Shown: positions 17,311 through 27,777 of the stretch, piece by piece | Layout of the letters: every line of letters starts with the position of its first letter | How positions within the stretch are numbered: the stretch's first letter is position 1 | Assembly (NCBI GenBank): GCA_017554615.1 | Contig: JAFZHY010000022.1 | Coordinates: forward strand, 73,331-113,330 | Reading direction: 5' to 3' | DNA: 40,000 bases | Source: Clostridia bacterium | GTDB taxonomy: Bacteria; Bacillota; Clostridia; UMGS1840; HGM11507 | Translations under genes and position numbers: made by a program | Notes under the pieces: model-generated | What the model saw: the letters and a program-made list of their open reading frames with translations, nothing else | Told to the model about the DNA's origin: nothing | Databases searched by the model: none

Positions 17311-18095
17311 TTACAGATATTACTTTAGGTCAATACTATCCTGTCTCATCATTTGTGCATAAATTAGATGCTCTTACCAAAATACTTATAACCCTTATTT
17401 TTATGGTAACCATATTTTTTGTAAAAGGTTTTCTGGGCTTTGGAATTATTCTTTTGTTTTTAATTGTAACAGTTAAAGCATCTAAAGTACCATTTATGTT
17501 TCTTTTAAAAGGGTTAAAACCCATTTTATTCTTTGTTGTTTTAACTTCACTTCTTAATCTTTTTATGACAACAGGGGAAAAGGCATTTACATTTATTATC
17601 TGGGATATTACCTATGAGGGAATATATATGTCTGCCTTTATGGCATTAAGAATAATATTTTTAATGATAGGCAGTTCTCTTTTAACATATACTACATCTC
17701 ATATTATGTTGACAGACGGAATAGAAAAAATGCTAAAACCGTTTGTTAAATTAGGTGTTCCTGCATATGAAATTGCAATGATGATGAGTATTGCATTAAG
17801 ATTTATCCCTACTTTAATAGAAGAAACAGATAAAATAATAAAAGCACAAAAAGCAAGAGGCTCAGATTTTGAAACAGGCGGTCTTATAAAAAGAGGAAAA
17901 GCAGTTATCCCTGTTCTTGTTCCGCTTTTTGTAAGCGCATTCAGACGTGCCGATGAACTTGCAATAGCCATGGAGTCAAGATGTTATAACGGTGGAGTTA
18001 ACAGAACAAGGCTTAGAAATTCAAAACCGGGTATAAAAGATTTATACGCACTTTTGATATTTTCTCTTTTTATGGCTCTGGCAATTATTTTCTAA
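17307..18095 (+). CDS. ecfT: ECF transporter transmembrane component EcfT
   Basis: 262 aa and polytopic. Conserved coupling helices carry KARG (IIKAQKARGSDF) and AMESRCY. ATGA overlap with ecfA2. Confidence 0.9.
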   Translation: MITDITLGQYYPVSSFVHKLDALTKILITLIFMVTIFFVKGFLGFGIILLFLIVTVKASKVPFMFLLKGLKPILFFVVLTSLLNLFMTTGEKAFTFIIWDITYEGIYMSAFMALRIIFLMIGSSLLTYTTSHIMLTDGIEKMLKPFVKLGVPAYEIAMMMSIALRFIPTLIEETDKIIKAQKARGSDFETGGLIKRGKAVIPVLVPLFVSAFRRADELAIAMESRCYNGGVNRTRLRNSKPGIKDLYALLIFSLFMALAIIF

Positions 18096-18128
18096 GATTT
18101 AATTTACTACTGATGAAAGGTTACGGAT

Positions 18129-18866
18129 ATGAGAAATTTAAGGTTTAATATATCCTATGACGGAACTTGTTATCACGGTTTTCAGATTCAGAAAGACTAT
18201 ATAACAATAGAAAAAGTTATAAAAGACGGTGTTTATAAATTAACAGGCGAAAATGTTGATATTATCGGTTGCGGAAGAACGGACGCTGGAGTCCATGCAA
18301 TAGATTATACACTTAATTTTAAAACCAACAGCAGTATCCCGTGTGATAAATTTCCCATCGCTCTTAATACCGTTACACCTTATGATATTTCTTTTTTAAG
18401 ATGTGTTGAAGTTGACGATAGTTTTCATTCAAGATTTTTAGCAAAAAGAAAAACTTATAAATATCTTATTCATACATCCAAATATCCTAATCCGTTTTAT
18501 AACAGATTTGCATATAATTATAAAATTCCACTTGATATAGATAAAATGATAGAAGCAAAAAAATACATTGAGGGCACAAAAGATTTTAAATGCTTTATGG
18601 CACAGGGAAGTCCCATTGTTGATACAGTCCGTACAGTATACGGTATTGATATAAATAAAAAAGACGATTTAATTGAAATTGAAGTATGCGGAAACGGGTT
18701 TTTATACAATATGGTAAGAATTATTGTTGGAACGCTTATAAATGTTGGAAACTCTAAATTTGATCCTGAATATGTAGATTATATTATAAAAAGTAAAGAC
18801 AGGGAAAACGCAGGGATGACAGTTCCTGCCCACGGATTATATCTTAAAGAGGTTATTTATGACTAA
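18129..18866 (+). CDS. truA: tRNA pseudouridine(38-40) synthase TruA
   Basis: Catalytic-Asp motif GCGRTDAGVHA plus FLYNMVRIIVGTL. The ecfAAT-truA synteny is as in Bacillus. Confidence 0.95.
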   Translation: MRNLRFNISYDGTCYHGFQIQKDYITIEKVIKDGVYKLTGENVDIIGCGRTDAGVHAIDYTLNFKTNSSIPCDKFPIALNTVTPYDISFLRCVEVDDSFHSRFLAKRKTYKYLIHTSKYPNPFYNRFAYNYKIPLDIDKMIEAKKYIEGTKDFKCFMAQGSPIVDTVRTVYGIDINKKDDLIEIEVCGNGFLYNMVRIIVGTLINVGNSKFDPEYVDYIIKSKDRENAGMTVPAHGLYLKEVIYD

Positions 18867-20004
18867 AAAAAGAGTACAAAACGATAAAAATAAAAAAAGA
18901 CTTTTAATAAGTATCCTGTTAGTTTTATTTATTGCTTTTTGCGGATACTGTTTAGTAAATAATCAGTTTATAAAATCATTGTATTATAAGTATAACGACC
19001 CTGTATCGGAAAATAATACAGTTATTAATTTGAGCGATAGCTCAACCCCTAAATTTTTAACATTCAAAAACCTTCTTATTAAATATTCTGGTAATAATAT
19101 ATCCGCATATGATATTAAAGGCGAGAATGTTGACTTTAATAAATATTCTGAAATTACTGCCTTAACATCTCATTATACCAATCTTAATATAAAATCATGT
19201 GATAATTATATTATTGCTTATGATAAAGGCAGTACAAACTTGGTGCTTTTTAATAATGATAAAATAATAACCCAGTTATCAGAAAAATCGAATATCATAT
19301 TTGCAAAACCGTTTAACAACGGAGAGTTTATAGTAATCGCTGAAGATGATGATGCTAAAAATCAGGTTATATTATATTCTTCTGACGGTAACCAGAAATT
19401 TATATGGCATTCAGGAGTTAATAATATAGTTGACGCAGCATTTATGGATAAAACCAATAAACTTGTAATTATTACTACTGAACTTTCAACAGGGGTGCTT
19501 AATTCTAAAATAATTTTCTTTGATATAGGCAGTGAGGATCCGTATAGTGAAACGATATTTGAGAATACATTTTTTACAAATGTAAATTTCTATTCAAAAA
19601 ACAAATTAGTTGTTTTAAGCGATATGGGAACATATTATTTTAATGACTCAGGCCAGCATAAACATACATATTCGTTTGATAATAAAATGCTTAATTCGTA
19701 TAAAAAGATAAATAACGGTAATATGGCTTTTGTATTTGGCAGTCAAAGTGGTAACGGCTCGGTTGTAGAAGTTATAAATAAAGACGGGAAACTTCTTGGA
19801 AGATATGAAACCGAAGAAGCAATTATAAGCATCGATGCAACAAAAAATCATATTCTTCTAAGTGGCCTAAGAGATGTTACACTGCTTACCAAAAGAGGAA
19901 GAGTTATAAGAACAATAGAGTATAATAAAGATTTGCAACAGGCATTCTTTTTAAATAATAAATTTGTATTTATCGCAAATTCAGAAATTAGAATTGTTGA
20001 CTAA
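18859..20004 (+). CDS. Membrane-anchored hypothetical protein, probably extracytoplasmic and beta-rich
   Basis: The start overlaps the truA stop by 8 nt. The N-terminus is basic with a single TM helix (LLISILLVLFIAFCGYCLV). About 330 aa of repetitive beta-strand-like sequence follow (recurring hydrophobic-x-hydrophobic runs, D/N-G turns). I recognise no catalytic motif. Confidence 0.55.
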   Translation: MTKKRVQNDKNKKRLLISILLVLFIAFCGYCLVNNQFIKSLYYKYNDPVSENNTVINLSDSSTPKFLTFKNLLIKYSGNNISAYDIKGENVDFNKYSEITALTSHYTNLNIKSCDNYIIAYDKGSTNLVLFNNDKIITQLSEKSNIIFAKPFNNGEFIVIAEDDDAKNQVILYSSDGNQKFIWHSGVNNIVDAAFMDKTNKLVIITTELSTGVLNSKIIFFDIGSEDPYSETIFENTFFTNVNFYSKNKLVVLSDMGTYYFNDSGQHKHTYSFDNKMLNSYKKINNGNMAFVFGSQSGNGSVVEVINKDGKLLGRYETEEAIISIDATKNHILLSGLRDVTLLTKRGRVIRTIEYNKDLQQAFFLNNKFVFIANSEIRIVD

Positions 20005-20019
20005 AAGGTGTGATTTAAT

Positions 20020-20685
20020 ATGAATATATCCTTAGTAGGTTTGATTATTCTTCTTATTATTTTAATTTTTACTGTGTGGGGATGGAAGTCAGGGTTTATA
20101 AAAACCGTCTTTGATGTGTTTTCTCTGGTGTTGGTAATGGGGTTAACAGGTGCGTTTTATCCCCATCTTGCAAAAATACTTATGAACACTCGTTTAAAAG
20201 ATACAATTTATGATTATTTTGTTACGACTTTTACAAGCAGTGTAAATATATCAGAAGAAACATTTGTTAATCTGCCATCATTTATACACGATACGGTGGT
20301 TTTATCAACAGAAAATATAATAGGTCATACTGCAACATCAATGGCAGAGATTTTTACAGTTTTTGTCGTCAATGTAATAAGTATAATACTTCTTTTTATA
20401 TCCCTTTTTATTTGCTCATTCTTTATTAAGAAGTTAGCAAAGTTTATAAACAAGATAATAATAGTAGGGCATATCAATAAGATTTTGGGAGCGATTTTAG
20501 GTTTTTTTCAGGGAGTGTTAATATCCTATCTCATAATATGCGTTATATCTTTTTTTCCCGCTTCCAAAATATATACATATGTGGCAGAAGATATGGAAAA
20601 ATCTTATATTTCAAAATTTATGTTTAATGAGCAGATAAATCTGTTTGGCATACAACCAATATATCCGGAAAGGCTTGGTGAGTAA
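20020..20685 (+). CDS. cvpA: CvpA-family membrane protein
   Basis: 221 aa. The N-terminal pattern LIILLIILIFTVWGWKSGFIKTVFDVFSLVLVMGL and 4-5 TM helices are typical of the colicin V production protein family. Confidence 0.7.
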   Translation: MNISLVGLIILLIILIFTVWGWKSGFIKTVFDVFSLVLVMGLTGAFYPHLAKILMNTRLKDTIYDYFVTTFTSSVNISEETFVNLPSFIHDTVVLSTENIIGHTATSMAEIFTVFVVNVISIILLFISLFICSFFIKKLAKFINKIIIVGHINKILGAILGFFQGVLISYLIICVISFFPASKIYTYVAEDMEKSYISKFMFNEQINLFGIQPIYPERLGE

Positions 20686-20686
20686 A

Positions 20687-21610
20687 ATGTATAAATATTA
20701 TAAAACTTTAGACTCAAAAATTACACAAATCGATGAGTTTCAGCCTGGGTGCTGGATCAACATTGTTAATCCTACTCATGAAGAACTCACATATTTAAGC
20801 GAATCTCATAATATTGATATGGGCTTTTTAAAAGCACCTTTGGATATTGAAGAAACTTCGCGTGTGGAAGCAGAAGACGACCAGACTCTTGTGGTTATTG
20901 ACGTTCCAACTACTGAAACTAACGATAATAAAGTAGTGTTTGAAACCCTTCCTTTAGCGCTTATTATTACTAAAGACTGTTTTGTGTCGGTTTGTACTAA
21001 AGAAACTTCTTCTATAAACAGTTTTATAGAAGGTAATGTCAGAAATGTTTATACCAATTTAAAAACACGCTTTTTAATGCAGATTCTTTATAAAGTTTCA
21101 ACAAGATTTTTATTCTATTTAAAACAGATTGACAGAAGAAGTGCAAATATAGAAAAAGAACTTCATAAATCACTTAAAAATAAAGAACTCATCCAGCTTC
21201 TTGACCTTGAAAAAAGTTTGGTGTTCTTTTCAACTTCCCTAAAGGCGAATGAATCTACTATAAAAAGATTACAAAGAGCATCTTATGTAAATATGTATGA
21301 AGAAGATGAAGAACTTATTGAAGATGTACTTATAGAAACAAAACAGGCTATTGAAATGTCTAATATTTACAGCAGTATTCTAAGTGGTACAATGGATGCT
21401 TTTGCATCAGTTATATCTAATAACTTAAATATCGTAATGAAAGTTCTTACTTCAATAACTATTCTTATGGCAGTGCCTACTATGATTGCCTCATTTTACG
21501 GAATGAATGTTTCAAGCCTTCCTTTTGCAAACTTCTATTTTCCGTTTGGATTATCAGTAGTAACAACTGTTGTAGTTGCATTCTTTCTTAATAAAAGAGG
21601 AATGTTATAG
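20687..21610 (+). CDS. corA: CorA-family magnesium/cobalt transporter
   Basis: YGMNV signature (ASFYGMNVSS) lies between two C-terminal TM helices. I prefer the ATG at 20687, immediately after the cvpA stop. The track's start at 20645 overlaps cvpA. Confidence 0.9.
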   Translation: MYKYYKTLDSKITQIDEFQPGCWINIVNPTHEELTYLSESHNIDMGFLKAPLDIEETSRVEAEDDQTLVVIDVPTTETNDNKVVFETLPLALIITKDCFVSVCTKETSSINSFIEGNVRNVYTNLKTRFLMQILYKVSTRFLFYLKQIDRRSANIEKELHKSLKNKELIQLLDLEKSLVFFSTSLKANESTIKRLQRASYVNMYEEDEELIEDVLIETKQAIEMSNIYSSILSGTMDAFASVISNNLNIVMKVLTSITILMAVPTMIASFYGMNVSSLPFANFYFPFGLSVVTTVVVAFFLNKRGML

Positions 21611-21625
21611 AAAGGAATTTATTAG

Positions 21626-22894
21626 ATGAAAACAAAAAGTGAATTGTCAAAACTTACAGTAAACGATTTAAAGGTAATAGCCAAAGAACTTAATATTGAG
21701 AATATCACTAAATGTAAAAAGAATGACCTAATTGATTTAATAATAAATTGCGAATCATCAAAAGAAATAAAGACAGAGAATGAATCACATTCGGTTGTCG
21801 AAGGGATACTTGAAGTTTTAGACGACGGTTATGGTTTTGTAAGAAGCGATAATTATCTTTCAGGTGCAAATGATGTATTCGTTTCGCCTACTTTTATAAG
21901 AAAATTCAATTTAAAAACAGGGGATTGGATACTTGGAAAAAGCAGAATGCAAAGAGACGGAGAAAAATTTGCAGCACTTATTTATATAGATAAAATAAAT
22001 GACGATTTGCCGGTTGTTGCAATTAAAAGGCAGGACTTTCACTCTCTTACTCCCATTTTCCCTGACGAAAGATTAAAACTTGAAGTATCAAAAAACGGAT
22101 ATCCTATGCGTCTTATCGATTTAATTGCGCCGATAGGAAAAGGGCAAAGGGGAATGATAGTTGCTCCTCCTAAAGTGGGTAAAACAACCCTTATAAAGGA
22201 TATTGCAAACAGTATAACAACCAATAACCCTGAAATAACTTTAATTGTGCTTTTAATAGACGAGCGTCCTGAAGAGGTTACGGATATTAAAAGAAGTATA
22301 AACGCAGAAGTTATATATTCAACATTTGACGAACTTCCTGAAAATCACACAGTAGTTGCAGAAATGGTGCTTGAAAGAGCCATGCGTTTGGTTGAGCATA
22401 ATAAAGATGTTGTAATTTTACTTGACAGTTTAACAAGACTTGCCAGAGCGTATAATTTAACAATTACACCGTCTGCAAGAACTCTGTCTGGGGGTCTTGA
22501 CCCTGCAGCACTTCACAAACCAAAAAAATTCTTCGGCGCAGCAAGAAATATAGAAAACGGTGGTTCGCTTACCATCCTTGCAACATCTTTGATTGAAACG
22601 GGAAGCAGAATGGATGATGTAATATTTGAAGAATTTAAAGGCACAGGTAATATGGAAGTTCATCTTGACAGGAAACTTTCTGAAAAGAGAATTTTCCCTG
22701 CAATAGATATAAATAAATCTGGTACAAGAAGAGAGGATTTGCTTCTTACAAAAAAAGAACTTCTTGCAACATGGAATTTAAGAAGAGCGTTGTCAGAGCA
22801 GAATACTTCTGATGTAACCCAGAACTTTATAAATAAAATTATTTCTACTAAAAATAATGACGAATTGGTAAACTTAATTTCAAAAGAATTTTAA
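21626..22894 (+). CDS. rho: Transcription termination factor Rho
   Basis: Rho_N ([17 protein letters not shown]), the RNA-binding OB domain ([11 protein letters not shown]), Walker [11 protein letters not shown], and the R-loop/Q-loop region (LARAYN, SGG). Confidence 0.95.
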   Translation: MKTKSELSKLTVNDLKVIAKELNIENITKCKKNDLIDLIINCESSKEIKTENESHSVVEGILEVLDDGYGFVRSDNYLSGANDVFVSPTFIRKFNLKTGDWILGKSRMQRDGEKFAALIYIDKINDDLPVVAIKRQDFHSLTPIFPDERLKLEVSKNGYPMRLIDLIAPIGKGQRGMIVAPPKVGKTTLIKDIANSITTNNPEITLIVLLIDERPEEVTDIKRSINAEVIYSTFDELPENHTVVAEMVLERAMRLVEHNKDVVILLDSLTRLARAYNLTITPSARTLSGGLDPAALHKPKKFFGAARNIENGGSLTILATSLIETGSRMDDVIFEEFKGTGNMEVHLDRKLSEKRIFPAIDINKSGTRREDLLLTKKELLATWNLRRALSEQNTSDVTQNFINKIISTKNNDELVNLISKEF

Positions 22895-22913
22895 AGATAA
22901 GGAGAAAACTTAG

Positions 22914-24659
22914 GTGGCATTTGACGGATTGGTATTAAAATCGCTTATAAATGAGTTTGATAATAAACTTTCAGGCCTTAGAATAGATAAAATTTATCAG
23001 CCTGAAAAGGATGAAATTGTCTTATCTTTAAGAGGGTTTAAAGAAACTTATAAATTATTTATAAGTGCCGATTCCAATTATCCGAGAATAAATATAACAG
23101 AAAATAATTTTAAAAATCCTGATAAACCACCTTTATTCTGTATGCTTTTAAGAAAGCATCTTGCATCCGGCAAGATTTTATCCTTTTCTCAAGAAGGGTC
23201 AGACAGAATTTTAAAAATCTCTGTAAGTTCGTATAATGAACTTGGAGATATGGTTGAAAAACATCTTATTGTTGAAATTATGGGAAGACACAGTAACATT
23301 ATTTTAATTGACGAAAAGAATGTTATTATAGATTCCATAAAGCGTGTTGACTTTACTGTTTCATCAAAGCGTCAGTTACTACCGGGCCTTTTGTATGAGA
23401 GTGCACCTGCTCAGGAAAAAGAGAATTTTAATAGTTTTGATATTAACAGTTTAAGAGAAAAACTGTACTCTTATGATGAAATAAATGCAGATTCATTTTT
23501 AATGGATAATTTTGTAGGTATTTCACCGATAGTATCACGAGAAATTGCATTTAAAACATTTAAGGCTTCAAAAACGTTTTTATTGAAATCAGACCTGATA
23601 CCTAAAGCAGACTTTTTAAATAACATAAATAATTTTTTTGAAAAAGTATCTAAGTTTGAGTTTAGTCCAAACATTTTGTATGATAAGGAATCTATGCCAA
23701 AATTCTTTTCGGTAGTTGATTTAGAGCAATACGGAAGCCTTTATAAAAAAGTTTATATTGAAAGTCCGAGTAAAATGATAGATTTATTTTATAACGACTT
23801 ACACTTTGCAAGAAAAATTAAATTAAGAAGTTTATCACTTGTAAAAACTATAAATAATCATATAGACAAAATAAGAAAGAAAATAGAAATTCATAATGAT
23901 ATATTATTAAATAAAGATAAATATTCAGAATATAGATTAAAAGGGGAGTTATTATCTGCCAATATATATCTTATAAAAGGCAATGAAGATAAAATTAAAG
24001 TATTCAATTATTATGATAACTCTGATATTTTAATAGACCTTGATAAAACTCTTTCACCTGCAAAGAATATTGACAGATATTTTAAACTGTATAAAAAAGG
24101 CCAGAAAGCAATGGAAATGGCTTTAGAGCAAATAGAAAAAGCAAAAAAAGAGTTGTATTACCTTGAAAGCGAACTTACCTTTTTAGAGAATGCCCGTTCT
24201 CAGAAAGATATCGACGATATAAAAGATGAACTTTCAAAGGAAGGGTATATAGATAATAAAAAAACTGATAAGGGAATAAAGAAACAGACAAAATCAGAGT
24301 GTACAACCTATATTACAGATGAAGGTTTTGAAATACTTATCGGTAAAAACAGCAGACAGAATGAGAATATAACCTTTAAGTTATCCAAAGGGTCTGACCT
24401 TTGGTTTCATGTAAAAGACTATCCTGGTTCTCATGTTGTATTAAAGAAAACAAATAAAGAATTTTCCGATAAGGCAATTTTAAAAGCCGCAGAGTTTGCC
24501 GCCTGTTATTCAAAAGATTCAAATGCTAAGGTGGCTGTTGATTATACTATGATAAAATTTGTTAAAAAAATGCCTGGTGGAAAACCGGGAATGGTTAACT
24601 ATACAAACTATAAAACAATAATTGTAAACAAACAAAACGGAGAAGATCTTAATGATTAA
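22914..24659 (+). CDS. rqcH: Ribosome quality-control protein RqcH (NFACT family, formerly FbpA/fibronectin-binding protein A)
   Basis: GTG start with RBS aaggag. The NFACT-N domain opens with MAFDGLVLKSLINEF...IDKIYQP. A coiled-coil middle region follows. The NFACT-R motif is DLWFHVKDYPGSHVVLK. Confidence 0.9.
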   Translation: MAFDGLVLKSLINEFDNKLSGLRIDKIYQPEKDEIVLSLRGFKETYKLFISADSNYPRINITENNFKNPDKPPLFCMLLRKHLASGKILSFSQEGSDRILKISVSSYNELGDMVEKHLIVEIMGRHSNIILIDEKNVIIDSIKRVDFTVSSKRQLLPGLLYESAPAQEKENFNSFDINSLREKLYSYDEINADSFLMDNFVGISPIVSREIAFKTFKASKTFLLKSDLIPKADFLNNINNFFEKVSKFEFSPNILYDKESMPKFFSVVDLEQYGSLYKKVYIESPSKMIDLFYNDLHFARKIKLRSLSLVKTINNHIDKIRKKIEIHNDILLNKDKYSEYRLKGELLSANIYLIKGNEDKIKVFNYYDNSDILIDLDKTLSPAKNIDRYFKLYKKGQKAMEMALEQIEKAKKELYYLESELTFLENARSQKDIDDIKDELSKEGYIDNKKTDKGIKKQTKSECTTYITDEGFEILIGKNSRQNENITFKLSKGSDLWFHVKDYPGSHVVLKKTNKEFSDKAILKAAEFAACYSKDSNAKVAVDYTMIKFVKKMPGGKPGMVNYTNYKTIIVNKQNGEDLND

Positions 24660-26088
24660 AAATTTATCACTGTTAGCCGATTTCTATGAATTCACAATGT
24701 CTCAGGGTTATTTTGAAAATAACCTTAAAGATAAAACAGTAGTTTTTGATATGTTTTTCAGAAGAGTTCCTGATAATGGCGGATATGCTATTGCCGCAGG
24801 GCTTGAGCAACTTGTAGAATATATGAAAAACCTTAAGTTTTATGACGACGATATAGAATATTTAAGAAGTAAAAACTTATTTAGCGAGGAGTTTTTAAAT
24901 TATCTTAAAGAATTTAAATTTGAATGTGATGTATGGGCAGTCAAAGAGGGTACACCTATATTCCCGAATGAACCTATTTTGGTTGTAAAAGGACCTGTTA
25001 TTCAGGCGCAACTTATTGAAACAATGGTTTTATTATCGATAAACCATCAGTCCCTTATCGCTACAAAAGCATCAAGAATTGTAAGAGCAGCCAAGGGAAG
25101 AGCAGTTATGGAATTTGGCTCAAGACGTGCTCAGGGGAAAGACGGAGCAGTCTACGGTGCAAGAGCAGCATATATCGGAGGATGCGTCGGCACTTCCTGT
25201 TCTATAACCGATAAAATGTTTAACATTCCTGCCCTTGGAACTATGGCGCACAGTTGGGTTCAGATGTTTGATACAGAATACGATGCCTTTAAGGCATATG
25301 CAAATGCATTTCCGAAAGATTGTACCTTGCTTATAGATACCTATAATGTATTAAAATCAGGTCTTCCAAATGCTATAAAAGTATTTAATGAAGTTATCCT
25401 GCCTAAAGGTTTCAGGCCTAAGGGAGTGCGTATAGACAGTGGCGATATAACCTATCTTAGCAAGAAAGTTCGTAAAATGCTTGATGAAAACGGATTTTCT
25501 GATGTTAATATTATTGTTTCCAATTCACTCGATGAAAATATTATCCGTGATACTTTGTATCAGGGAGCATGTATTGACATATTCGGTGTAGGCGAAAGGC
25601 TTATCACATCAAAATCAGAGCCGGTTTTCGGCGGAGTGTATAAGTTGGTGTCAGTGTTTGAAGATGGCAGGGAATACCCTAAAATAAAGATAAGCGAAAA
25701 TGTTGGGAAAATTACTAACCCGTCATTTAAAAATCTTTACAGGCTTTATGATAAAAGTACAGGCAAAGCGATTGCCGATGTAATAACCCTGCACGATGAG
25801 GAAATTTGCGAAAACGAGCCTTATGTGTTGTTTGACCCTGAATACACATGGAAGAAGAAAACAATTACAGATTTTAAAGCAGAAAAACTGCTTGTTAAAA
25901 TAATGGATAAAGGAAAACTTGTATACGATTTACCAAAACTTGAAGATATTAAAGAGTATTCCAAAAACGAACTTGATAAAATCTGGGATGAAGTAAAAAG
26001 ATTTGAAAATCCTCATAAATATTATGTAGATTTATCAGATAAATTATGGACTATAAAACAAAAACTTTTAGAAGAAAATTCTAAATAA
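24652..26088 (+). CDS. pncB: Nicotinate phosphoribosyltransferase
   Basis: 478 aa. Motifs LADFYEFTM, EFGSRRAQG, GTMAHSWVQ and RIDSGD are typical of Firmicutes-type PncB. Confidence 0.9.
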   Translation: MIKNLSLLADFYEFTMSQGYFENNLKDKTVVFDMFFRRVPDNGGYAIAAGLEQLVEYMKNLKFYDDDIEYLRSKNLFSEEFLNYLKEFKFECDVWAVKEGTPIFPNEPILVVKGPVIQAQLIETMVLLSINHQSLIATKASRIVRAAKGRAVMEFGSRRAQGKDGAVYGARAAYIGGCVGTSCSITDKMFNIPALGTMAHSWVQMFDTEYDAFKAYANAFPKDCTLLIDTYNVLKSGLPNAIKVFNEVILPKGFRPKGVRIDSGDITYLSKKVRKMLDENGFSDVNIIVSNSLDENIIRDTLYQGACIDIFGVGERLITSKSEPVFGGVYKLVSVFEDGREYPKIKISENVGKITNPSFKNLYRLYDKSTGKAIADVITLHDEEICENEPYVLFDPEYTWKKKTITDFKAEKLLVKIMDKGKLVYDLPKLEDIKEYSKNELDKIWDEVKRFENPHKYYVDLSDKLWTIKQKLLEENSK

Positions 26089-26100
26089 GGAGAGAATATT

Positions 26101-26592
26101 ATGGAACTTAAAAAAAGAATACTTTCTATCGTGGAAAAAGACGCAAAACTTTCAAATAGCGAAATAGCAGTTATGGTAGGTTCTGATGAAGAAAATGTAA
26201 GTAAAATTATGGCAGAACTTGAAAAGGAAAAGATTATATTCGGCTCTAAAACTTTGATTGACTGGGATAAAATCGCAGAAGACAGAGTTACTGCGTATAT
26301 TGAACTTAATGTAACACCTGAGCAGGGAATGGGCTTTGAAAAAGTAGCCGATAACATTATAAGAGAATTTCCTCAGGTAAGTTGCGTAACTTTAATGTCA
26401 GGCGGGTTTGATATACTTGTAGAAATAGACGGAAACAGTATGAAAGAGATTGCTTTATTTGTTGCAGAAAAAATATCTCCTATGCCCGGTATTATCTCAA
26501 CAAAAACTCATTTTGTACTAAGAAAATATAAACAGGACGGGATAATCCTTAATAAAAAAAATAATGACGAAAGAAGAGTGATTTCCCTTTGA
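26101..26592 (+). CDS. Lrp/AsnC-family transcriptional regulator
   Basis: N-terminal HTH (ILSIVEKDAKLSNSEIAVMVG) and a C-terminal RAM/AsnC_trans_reg domain. It is translationally coupled (TTGA) to the downstream aminotransferase. Confidence 0.85.
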   Translation: MELKKRILSIVEKDAKLSNSEIAVMVGSDEENVSKIMAELEKEKIIFGSKTLIDWDKIAEDRVTAYIELNVTPEQGMGFEKVADNIIREFPQVSCVTLMSGGFDILVEIDGNSMKEIALFVAEKISPMPGIISTKTHFVLRKYKQDGIILNKKNNDERRVISL

Positions 26593-27773
26593 GTAATTCT
26601 AAAACACCTAAGGATTTTCTTTCTTCAGTGGTAAGAAATATCCCACCGTCAGGCATAAGAAAATTCTTTGATATAGTAAACGAAATGGAAGATGCAATTT
26701 CTCTTGGTGTAGGTGAGCCTGATTTTGTAACACCGTGGCATATAAGAAATGCAGGAATTGAATCTTTAAAAGACGGGCATACATATTATACATCCAACTG
26801 GGGACTTATTGAATTAAGAGAAGAAATCTCTAAATTTTATGATAGAAAATACGGTTTAAAATTTAACCCTAAAGATGAAGTTTTTGTAACCGTAGGGGGG
26901 AGCGAAGCAGTAGATGCTGCAATTCGTGCACTTGTTGAAGTGGGAGATGAAGTTTTAATTCCTGAGCCTTCCTTTGTGTGTTATAAACCTTGCGTAAATT
27001 TAATAGGTGGAATTCCTGTTCCTATTGTTACAACCCAGGAAGATAATTTTAAACTTACACCAGAAAATCTTATTTCAAAAATAACACCAAAAACAAAACT
27101 TTTAATTCTTTCTTATCCTAATAACCCAACGGGTGCTATTATGACTAAAGAAGACCTTGAAAAAATTGTGGATGTTATAAAGGATAAAGATATAATGGTA
27201 ATTTCTGATGAGATATATTCAGAACTTACATATGGAAAAAAACATGCATCAATTGCTCAGTTTCCTGAAATGAAAGATAAAACTATTATCATTAACGGTT
27301 TTTCCAAGGCTTACGCTATGACAGGCTGGAGACTTGGCTATGCACTGGGCCATAAGGATATTATAAGTGCTATGATTAAAATTCATCAGTATGCAATAAT
27401 GTCTTCTCCTACAACAAGCCAGTATGCTGCCATTGAAGCCTTAAAAAACGGAGACAGCGATATTGAAATGATGAAAAATGAATATGACATAAGAAGAAGA
27501 GTTCTTGTTGACGGGCTTAATAAAATTGGTCTTGAATGTTTTGAGCCTTTGGGTGCATTTTATGTGTTCCCGTCTATAAAATCAACGGGCTTAACTTCGG
27601 AAAAATTCTGTGAAGAACTATTAAAAAGAGAAAAACTTGCAGTTATCCCTGGCTCTGCATTCGGGGAATCAGGAGAAGGGTTTGTAAGAATTTCTTATGC
27701 ATATTCTCTTGAAAAAATAAAGAAAGCATTAATTAAAATAGAATCTTTTGTTAATTCATTAAATAAGGAATGA
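26589..27773 (+). CDS. Class I/II pyridoxal-phosphate aminotransferase (AlaT/AspC-like)
   Basis: TTG start. PLP-lysine motif FSKAYAMTGWRLGY, and PNNPTG. The pairing with an Lrp regulator recalls B. subtilis alaR-alaT. Confidence 0.9.
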   Translation: MSNSKTPKDFLSSVVRNIPPSGIRKFFDIVNEMEDAISLGVGEPDFVTPWHIRNAGIESLKDGHTYYTSNWGLIELREEISKFYDRKYGLKFNPKDEVFVTVGGSEAVDAAIRALVEVGDEVLIPEPSFVCYKPCVNLIGGIPVPIVTTQEDNFKLTPENLISKITPKTKLLILSYPNNPTGAIMTKEDLEKIVDVIKDKDIMVISDEIYSELTYGKKHASIAQFPEMKDKTIIINGFSKAYAMTGWRLGYALGHKDIISAMIKIHQYAIMSSPTTSQYAAIEALKNGDSDIEMMKNEYDIRRRVLVDGLNKIGLECFEPLGAFYVFPSIKSTGLTSEKFCEELLKREKLAVIPGSAFGESGEGFVRISYAYSLEKIKKALIKIESFVNSLNKE

Positions 27774-27777
27774 TAAA

